Source: a virus
Taxonomy: Duplodnaviria > Caudoviricetes
IMG/VR virus record: IMGVR_UViG_3300030100_001240
Location: 1-40,391 of that record
Reading direction: 5' to 3' (one strand)
DNA length: 40,391 nt
Both the position numbers and the translations under genes were made by a program. Of the stretch, positions 35,104 to 40,391 are shown piece by piece (the first letter of the stretch is position 1; each line of letters begins with the position of its first letter). Under the pieces are notes generated by a model. That model was not told where the DNA came from. It ran no database searches and saw only the letters and a list, made by a program, of their open reading frames with translations.

Positions 35104-35409
35104 GTGCTTAAAAGATCAGGCGAAACTGGTGACTATTGCCCGTTTGTCAGGAAGAAATGTCTCGAAGGTCAGTGTGCTATGTGGACCCACGTTCGGGGCA
35201 AAGACCCGCAGACCGGTGCCGATATAGATCACCATGGTTGTTCGCTGGCCTGGCTTCCGGTTCTGCTGATAGAGAACGCCAACGAAACCCGAAAAACGTC
35301 TGCCGATGTTCAAAGCTTTCGCAATGAAGTTGCCGCAACGGTAGAAGCCTTTGTGCCAGGATCTCGCCCCGGGATAGAGCGAGCCCGGCAGCTGGTCGGA
35401 AAGACCTGA
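35104..35409 (+). CDS. Conserved Cys-containing protein after the tail fibre
   Basis: CPFVRKKC...CSLAWLPVLLIEN...SFRNE. Confidence 0.6.
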   Translation: MLKRSGETGDYCPFVRKKCLEGQCAMWTHVRGKDPQTGADIDHHGCSLAWLPVLLIENANETRKTSADVQSFRNEVAATVEAFVPGSRPGIERARQLVGKT

Positions 35410-35441
35410 CCGTCGATTTTGCTAGACCTTCCGGAGGTGCC

Positions 35442-35909
35442 ATGAAAAAAACTGCCATCGCGGTGGGCTTGTTTGTGCTCACCATTATCGCCGCGCTGTA
35501 TTCAATGAACAGCGAAGCGCAGCCACGGGTTGCGCTCGGCACCACGTTCAACAAATCATCGCTCACCTACGGCGAGGTTTCCTACGAGTGGCGCAGCTGG
35601 GAGGCTGCGTTAGGCAGAGTGGGTGAAGGCCGTACCGACCAAGGCAATCAAAGCGTTGTCGATGTCTACTCAGTCTCCTATCTGGTTCGGCCCGCTTGGT
35701 GTGTGGGCAACTTCTGCAGCTACTTCCGTCTGGGCGTCGCCAGGGTAGACACCTCGCCGCTGGTTGGTAGCAGCAACTACCGAACGGGCATCGGCATCGA
35801 GCACAGGCACATTGCGATCGAGTACTTCCATATCTCGTCTGCTGGTATCCACAGCAACAACACCGGCATCGATGGCATTGCGCTGAGGATATACCTCTCT
35901 CCGGACTGA
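35442..35909 (+). CDS. PagL-like lipid A 3-O-deacylase / small outer-membrane beta-barrel
   Basis: Signal peptide; amphipathic strands; YFHISSAGIHSNNTGID resembles PagL HxSNAG...NxG. Confidence 0.6.
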   Translation: MKKTAIAVGLFVLTIIAALYSMNSEAQPRVALGTTFNKSSLTYGEVSYEWRSWEAALGRVGEGRTDQGNQSVVDVYSVSYLVRPAWCVGNFCSYFRLGVARVDTSPLVGSSNYRTGIGIEHRHIAIEYFHISSAGIHSNNTGIDGIALRIYLSPD

Positions 35910-35920
35910 CAGGTGGCACC

Positions 35921-36409
35921 ATGGCTGAACTAATCCTGACACGACACTCCTACTCGCCAACGGAAACCATGGGCCACCTGCGCCTGCCAGACGGCCGCGT
36001 ACTGCACACCATCGAGCGGCCGTGGATTCCCGACAAAGAGGCTGGCTCCAAACCGTTCAAAAGCTGCGTGCCTGATGGGCCCTATGACCTGGTGCCGCAC
36101 CACGGCGATGACTGGACGGAAACTTGGGCGCTGGTCAATCCGGCGCTGAAGGTGTGGCACTACGAGAAAGACATGGACGGCGCCGGTCGCTATGCCTGCC
36201 TGTTCCACCCCGCCAATTGGGTAGAGAACGTTGTTGGGTGCATCGGCCCGGGGCTGGCCCGCACCATCTTTAGAGACCGTGATGAGCTGGGTGTTACCAG
36301 CAGCCAAGCGGCCATGAATATTCTGCGCAATATGCTCCACCCGGGTGCCCGTGGGCACCGGTTGATTATTCAGCCGCATCCAGGGGCGAGGATCAGTCAG
36401 GATGGATAG
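35921..36409 (+). CDS. DUF5675-family putative endolysin
   Basis: TIERPW...SCVPDGPY...LFHPANW...GCIGPG. Confidence 0.7.
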   Translation: MAELILTRHSYSPTETMGHLRLPDGRVLHTIERPWIPDKEAGSKPFKSCVPDGPYDLVPHHGDDWTETWALVNPALKVWHYEKDMDGAGRYACLFHPANWVENVVGCIGPGLARTIFRDRDELGVTSSQAAMNILRNMLHPGARGHRLIIQPHPGARISQDG

Positions 36410-36605
36410 GCCGCTGAGCCAGTTCGGCGGCCGCCGCTTTCTACTCTGCTTGGGCTGCGGTATCGCCTGCACGGGGCTGGTTTTCCTCGGCAAGATAGAT
36501 GCAGGCACATTTCGCGACATCATCATCGCGACGATCGGCGCGTATATCACCGGCAGCACCTGGCAAAAAATTAAATCTCGCGGTGGAGAGGTTGGTGATC
36601 CCTGA
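36402..36605 (+). CDS. Holin-like two-TM protein
   Basis: GRRFLL...; two hydrophobic segments between endolysin and spanin. Confidence 0.6.
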   Translation: MDRPLSQFGGRRFLLCLGCGIACTGLVFLGKIDAGTFRDIIIATIGAYITGSTWQKIKSRGGEVGDP

Positions 36606-36715
36606 TGTTGGCGCCGCAAGATATCACTCCGATCTTCTGGGGTGCGGTCGGCGGGTTATTGCTATTCGCTCTCAGCATCTCGGCTGTCGTCGATTTCTTC
36701 ATCTGGTGGCACTGA
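36605..36715 (+). CDS. 36-aa single-TM protein
   Basis: Translated by hand: MLAPQDITPIFWGAVGGLLLFALSISAVVDFFIWWH; TGATG-coupled. Confidence 0.5.
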   Translation: MLAPQDITPIFWGAVGGLLLFALSISAVVDFFIWWH

Positions 36716-36716
36716 T

Positions 36717-37226
36717 ATGAACATCAAGCTTATTGCAGCATCGGCACTCATAGCGTTTATCGCGGCGTGGCAGGTTCAGGCGTGGCGCTACGGAGGGGCC
36801 ATAGAGAAAATTGCGCATGCGCATACTGAGGCGCTTCGACAGGCTGAGTCAGATGCCAGAAAAGCCGAGAAGGAGCTATCCAGTGTTACGGCGGAGATTG
36901 ACCGGTTGTCCGAACAAGCCCGAGAGAACGTCCGTGTTGTGACCGAGACCGTCGAAAAAGAGGTGATAAGATATGTGGAAACAGATCCTTCAGCTGGCGA
37001 TTGTCAGCTGTCTCTTGGTTGGGTGCGCGCACACGACAACGCCACCCACGCAGAAATGCCCCAAAATCCCGCCCCCTCCGGCGCACCTGATGACGCCGCC
37101 GGCCCGGCTACAGACGTTGACGCCCTTAGAGCCGTCAGCCGCAACTACCGAACCTGCGTCGGAGAGCTACAGCGGCTGAGTGGATTGCAGGCTTATGTCG
37201 AGCAAGTATGTCTGGTTGAGCGGTAA
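36717..37226 (+). CDS. i-spanin (Rz-like)
   Basis: N-terminal TM (AWQVQAWRY), coiled coil, LSGLQAYV C-terminus. Confidence 0.75.
   Translation: MNIKLIAASALIAFIAAWQVQAWRYGGAIEKIAHAHTEALRQAESDARKAEKELSSVTAEIDRLSEQARENVRVVTETVEKEVIRYVETDPSAGDCQLSLGWVRAHDNATHAEMPQNPAPSGAPDDAAGPATDVDALRAVSRNYRTCVGELQRLSGLQAYVEQVCLVER
36973..37179 (+). CDS. Embedded o-spanin (Rz1-like lipoprotein)
   Basis: +1 frame inside Rz; lipobox LVGC; Pro-rich. Confidence 0.75.
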   Translation: MWKQILQLAIVSCLLVGCAHTTTPPTQKCPKIPPPPAHLMTPPARLQTLTPLEPSAATTEPASESYSG

Positions 37227-37239
37227 AGCTGAAACGGCA

Positions 37240-37510
37240 GTGCCTGCAAAATGCCTCCAGTATTTTTATCTCAGCTTTAGTTTATTGATTTAAAAGCGCT
37301 TTATTTTTTGTTTGTACAATCCATCATGGGCGCAACACAGAATCGCCTGTCCAGTCCCTTTCCCACATAACCCGCGCCGTCCGTGGGTTTCCCGCCATTT
37401 TCAGCGTCTTGCAGCATCATTTTGCCTGTTTATTAAATAACCTATTTCGCCCCATAATCTACCATTTCTACCCGTTTTTGCTATTGTAGTGCCTCCAGAA
37501 TGCCCCCAAA
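37240..37510. other. attP region; core around 37320-37336 matches the dusA 5' end
   Basis: Minus strand GTTGCGCCCATGATGGA encodes VAPMMD; arm-type TGCCTCCAG-like repeats at 37240-37260 and 37489-37509. Confidence 0.8.
37301..37420 (-). pseudogene. dusA: Replacement 5' fragment of dusA (39 aa, ...RRFCVAPMMDCT)
   Basis: Translated by hand: MMLQDAENGGKPTDGAGYVGKGLDRRFCVAPMMDCTNKK*. Confidence 0.75.
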
Positions 37511-37528
37511 TTTTTGGAGACACCGAGT

Positions 37529-38587
37529 GTGGCGACGATAACAGCAAGAAAGCGCAAATCCGGCACCCAATATACGGCCCGAATCAGGGTGAAGCGGGAC
37601 GGCCAAATTGTACACCAGGAGTCGGAGACTTTCGCGCGAAAGGCTCTGGCGAAGGCCTGGGCAGACAAGCGGGAAGGGGAGCTGAGAGTGCCTGGTGCGC
37701 TTGAGCGATTAACCCGCGTAGGTGTATCGGTGGGGCAGGTGCTCCAGTGGTATCTCGATGATTATGATGGGGTCAACAAGTTTGGCCGATCAAAGAACAC
37801 CTCGTTGAATCAGCTGATTAATGATCCTGAATTGGCTGGGCTGGATGCGATGTCGCTGACTTCGGGGCAGATGGTTGCGCATGCCAGGCGGCGCCTAGGT
37901 AATGGGGCGGGCCCTGCGACGGTGAATAATGATTTCATCTGGTTGCGCACGGCCATGCGCGCAGTGCGTATTGGTCGCGATCTTCCTCTGGATTTGCAAG
38001 CCATTGATGACGCCGCTTTTATATGTCGCAAAGAGCGATTGATTGCGAAGTCTTCTCAGCGCGATCGTCGCCCGACGCTCTCGGAGGTCGATAAACATCT
38101 CAAGCACTTTTCTGAGCGCGACGGGCGGGCGCAGACTCCGATGGTTGATATTATACAGTTCGCGCTGTTCAGTAGCCGGCGGCAGGAGGAAATTTGCCGT
38201 ATCCGCTGGGCGGATGTGGATCGTGATAAACAGCGGGTTTTAGTGAGGGATATGAAGCACCCGAAACAGTTGGTTGATACCTGGGTGTTTGTACCCGACC
38301 TTGCCTGGCAGGTTTTGCTGAGGCAGCCAGAGAGTGAAGATGGGCGAGTGTTTCCGTACAACAGCAAAACGGTATCTTCTAATTTTACCCGTGCATGCAA
38401 ACTACTGGGGATAAAGGATCTTCGGTTTCACGATTTGCGGCATGAGTGCATAAGCTGGCTGTTTGAGCAAGGCTGGGATATTCCTCGCGTGGCCTCGGTG
38501 ACTGGGCACAAGGCGTGGACTTCGCTGCAGCGGTATACGCACCTGGAGCAGGTGGGGGATAAATACGCGGATTTCACGCTGCGCTAG
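37529..38587 (+). CDS. int: Tyrosine integrase (dusA-associated type)
   Basis: SRRQEEI (R), DMKHP (K), FHDLRHE, TGHK, LQRYTH; GGAGA RBS before GTG. Confidence 0.9.
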   Translation: MATITARKRKSGTQYTARIRVKRDGQIVHQESETFARKALAKAWADKREGELRVPGALERLTRVGVSVGQVLQWYLDDYDGVNKFGRSKNTSLNQLINDPELAGLDAMSLTSGQMVAHARRRLGNGAGPATVNNDFIWLRTAMRAVRIGRDLPLDLQAIDDAAFICRKERLIAKSSQRDRRPTLSEVDKHLKHFSERDGRAQTPMVDIIQFALFSSRRQEEICRIRWADVDRDKQRVLVRDMKHPKQLVDTWVFVPDLAWQVLLRQPESEDGRVFPYNSKTVSSNFTRACKLLGIKDLRFHDLRHECISWLFEQGWDIPRVASVTGHKAWTSLQRYTHLEQVGDKYADFTLR

Positions 38588-38837
38588 ATTTCAGGCGTTT
38601 GTGATCGTGGCGGGCCTGTTCTTTGAGCTGGTCCAGCCATTCTGCCAAATCGTGGGCGTTGATAAGCCATTCGGATTTCTGCGAGCCGCCGCGAAAGCAG
38701 GGCACCGGCAAGTCCTGGTGTCGGGCCTTTGATGCGGCCTTTGCATAGCTGAGCCCAAAGTATTTATCGCAGCATGCCATCAGCGGTATGTCTGCGGTTT
38801 CGTACTCCAGCATCAGTGCCATAAATGTTGACTTCAT
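38574..38837 (-). CDS. PrtN-like protein, probable excisionase
   Basis: STFMALMLEYETADIPL...LPVPCFRGGSQKS..DLAEWLD; convergent with int. Confidence 0.8.
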   Translation of the reverse strand: MKSTFMALMLEYETADIPLMACCDKYFGLSYAKAASKARHQDLPVPCFRGGSQKSEWLINAHDLAEWLDQLKEQARHDHKRLKSSAA

Positions 38838-38860
38838 CGGTCACTCCTGCGTGATAGTGG

Positions 38861-38913
38861 GACAAAGTGGGGTGATATAACGCGACACTTTGTCGTCTAT
38901 TTGGGTGTTATAT
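38861..38913 (+). other. Left boundary of the cassette array (candidate primary insertion site)
   Basis: G|TTATAT core at 38907 with no attC L-box arms; 9-bp inverted repeat GACAAAGTG/CACTTTGTC. Confidence 0.55.
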
Positions 38914-38914
38914 T

Positions 38915-39139
38915 TCAATTCTTCATCGCGTAGTGTTCTGCCCAAATCTCGTCGCACTTGCGTACAGCGTCATAGAAGTGTGTTGGGCCGGTAAACTCAA
39001 CGAACACTTCGTTTTCCTTGGCCAGTGTCGATTTTGTGGCAGTGGTTAGAATCATCATTTCCCTGTCATCATTCATGTATGATTCCTCGCCGCGAATAGT
39101 TGGTCCCTTTCGCCAGCCGTGCATAAATTCAATGCCCAT
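38915..39139 (-). CDS. Cassette A hypothetical protein
   Basis: ORF fills cassette 38908-39216. Confidence 0.7.
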   Translation of the reverse strand: MGIEFMHGWRKGPTIRGEESYMNDDREMMILTTATKSTLAKENEVFVEFTGPTHFYDAVRKCDEIWAEHYAMKN

Positions 39140-39158
39140 CCAGTCTCTCGCTATTTAA

Positions 39159-39222
39159 ATATAACAACTGCCGTCACAGCGACGGCTCATTGCATTCGCC
39201 GCGCGTGCGGCTTGGGTTAGGC
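39159..39222 (+). other. attC-like site of cassette A
   Basis: ATATAAC-AACTG-CCG[T]CACA...CGTGCGG-CTTGG-GTTAGGC. Confidence 0.85.
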
Positions 39223-39564
39223 GTACTCAAACACCTGAGTACTTGGGTTGTCCTCGCCATCGTCATCAGGCAGCAGCGCCACCACTTTCCCAATTTCATT
39301 CAATAGCTGGGCAACGCCGCTTGGATTCCATTCTGTTGCTCGTGCTACGGCACCTCTCCATATGTCGGCGCCACAACCTTGTGACATCATTGATCTGTAA
39401 TATGAGGTGGTTTCGGCTTCCTCTTTTGCCGCCTCTAGATATTCCCCGGTATTGCAACACGGGCACGGCCATGAGTGGTCGTCTGGATCATATCCGTCAC
39501 TATCGGCGTCCCAAACATACCCATCGCCTCTGCATTCAAATGTTCCGTTCTGGTATTCGCACAT
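39217..39564 (-). CDS. Cassette B Cys-rich hypothetical protein
   Basis: C..DGYVWDADSD...PCPCCNT; GAGGA RBS; stop overlaps the core. Confidence 0.75.
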   Translation of the reverse strand: MCEYQNGTFECRGDGYVWDADSDGYDPDDHSWPCPCCNTGEYLEAAKEEAETTSYYRSMMSQGCGADIWRGAVARATEWNPSGVAQLLNEIGKVVALLPDDDGEDNPSTQVFEYA

Positions 39565-39584
39565 TCTTCAATTCCTCAAATCAC

Positions 39585-39654
39585 GCCTAACAACTGTAGG
39601 CTGTCGGACTTCGTTACGCTGCGCTTCACTCAGCCGCAGCTACTTGGGTTATAC
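39585..39654 (+). other. attC-like site of cassette B
   Basis: GCCTAAC-AACTG-TAG[G]CTGT...GCAGCTA-CTTGG-GTTATAC. Confidence 0.85.
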
Positions 39655-39990
39655 GGCCTTCCTATCCAGGCGCTCTATCTCGGCGATTAGTAGCGCAGCG
39701 GCCCGCACCAGGTCGCGCCTTGGGTCTTTTGGTTTCCACCATCTTTCATCCCACGGCCAATCCTGAGGGACTTCTTCCTCCTGGTATCTAGCCAGTGATC
39801 CGCCTAATTTTTTTCGCAATTCACTGTCAGCGTCCAGCAACCATGATCGGCATACATAATGAGAGACGTAGTTTCCGGCCGCCTGTGCCATTTCTCGGTT
39901 TTTATGCTCGTCGTCGTGTTCTGCTGTCCATCCCTCTGATGCTATTTGCCGCTGCCGTTCCTCTAATACATCTTCAATTGCTGCGCTCAT
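39649..39990 (-). CDS. Cassette C conserved phage early-region protein
   Basis: ERQRQIASEGWTAEHDD...WPW..WWKP..RRDLVRAAALLIAEIERLDR, a widespread phage domain. Confidence 0.8.
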   Translation of the reverse strand: MSAAIEDVLEERQRQIASEGWTAEHDDEHKNREMAQAAGNYVSHYVCRSWLLDADSELRKKLGGSLARYQEEEVPQDWPWDERWWKPKDPRRDLVRAAALLIAEIERLDRKAV

Positions 39991-40013
39991 AAATCACTCC
40001 GTAGTTAGTTGCC

Positions 40014-40067
40014 GTATAACAACAACAGGCAGCGCGACACTGCGTGCGCCTGCTGTAAGGGTTATGT
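40014..40067 (+). other. attC-like site of cassette C (joined to cassette D)
   Basis: Same site as 45-98 but R' is GTTATGT. Confidence 0.85.
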
Positions 40068-40232
40068 GCGCTCCCGCATAGCTTCGTCAACTTCAAGCTC
40101 ATCAAGCGCAGCCTGCAATTTGTTCTTCAGCTCTCGCGCAGCGTTTTTTGTAAAATGTTGTTTAATGCCGGAGAACTCCACAATAAATGGGAACACTCCA
40201 GCAGGGTCTACCAGCGTAACTTTGATGCTCAT
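40062..40232 (-). CDS. Cassette D small hypothetical protein (56 aa)
   Basis: GGAG RBS before ATG at 40232; stop overlaps the core. Confidence 0.7.
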   Translation of the reverse strand: MSIKVTLVDPAGVFPFIVEFSGIKQHFTKNAARELKNKLQAALDELEVDEAMRERT

Positions 40233-40250
40233 ATCACACTCCGTATCGGC

Positions 40251-40307
40251 ACATAACAAAGCCAGCAAGCGCGACGGCTGCGCCGCGCCTTCTGGCGGGG
40301 GTTAGGC
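40251..40307 (+). other. attC-like site of cassette D
   Basis: ACATAAC-AAAGC-CAG[C]AAGC...CCTTCTG-GCGGG-GTTAGGC. Confidence 0.85.
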
Positions 40308-40391
40308 GTACTCAAACACCTGAGTACTTGGGTTGTCCTCGCCATCGTCATCAGGCAGCAGCGCCACCACTTTCCCAATTTCATTCAATAG
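40299..40391 (+). repeat. Exact copy of 39214-39306 (start of cassette B)
   Basis: Identity begins at GGG|TTAGGC, the attC crossover. Confidence 0.95.

Larger units (their letters stand above)
1..40391. mobile_element. Temperate siphovirus (HK97-like head, long non-contractile tail), near-complete genome, excised form
   Basis: Full set of modules: integrase/Xis/attP, cI-cro, replication, Q, terminase, portal, protease, capsid, tape measure, lysis. No host genes. 1-96 is identical to 39970-40065, which allows circularisation. Confidence 0.95.

Noticed and set aside
37227-37520. tRNA gene at the attachment site
   Set aside because: No cloverleaf or T-loop/CCA signature; the core matches dusA coding sequence instead.
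37529-38587. Integron integrase IntI forming a complete integron
   Set aside because: No IntI-specific insertion is visible; it has its own dusA attP and Xis, and points toward the array. Kept only as an alternative hypothesis.
38908-40391. CRISPR array or REP/terminator repeats
   Set aside because: The palindromes differ in sequence, are separated by whole genes of 240-430 bp, lack U tracts and follow attC box spacing.

Overview
The window is an essentially complete (~40 kb) temperate HK97-type siphovirus genome, probably of a gammaproteobacterial host (inferred from PrtN-like Xis, SutA-like and BssS-like genes and the dusA attP). It appears to be the excised, attP-intact form. Modules: leftward early operon, cI/cro switch, split Toprim primase + HNH + VapE helicase, Q/late promoter, head, tail, lysis, attP (dusA 5' end), tyrosine integrase and Xis. 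The standout feature spans the contig join (38908-40391 and 1-1373): an array of 8 integron-type gene cassettes, each closed by an attC-like site (R''-L''-L'-R'). In 6 of the 8, the cassette's first 8-10 nt are the exact reverse complement of its own R'' end. Every cassette gene points opposite to the usual integron orientation, in line with the phage early operon, and the phage encodes no recognisable integron integrase. The two contig ends show alternative cassette neighbours that switch at the G|TT crossover, which suggests active shuffling, excision or duplication. All calls come from reading motifs by eye; no database searches were run.
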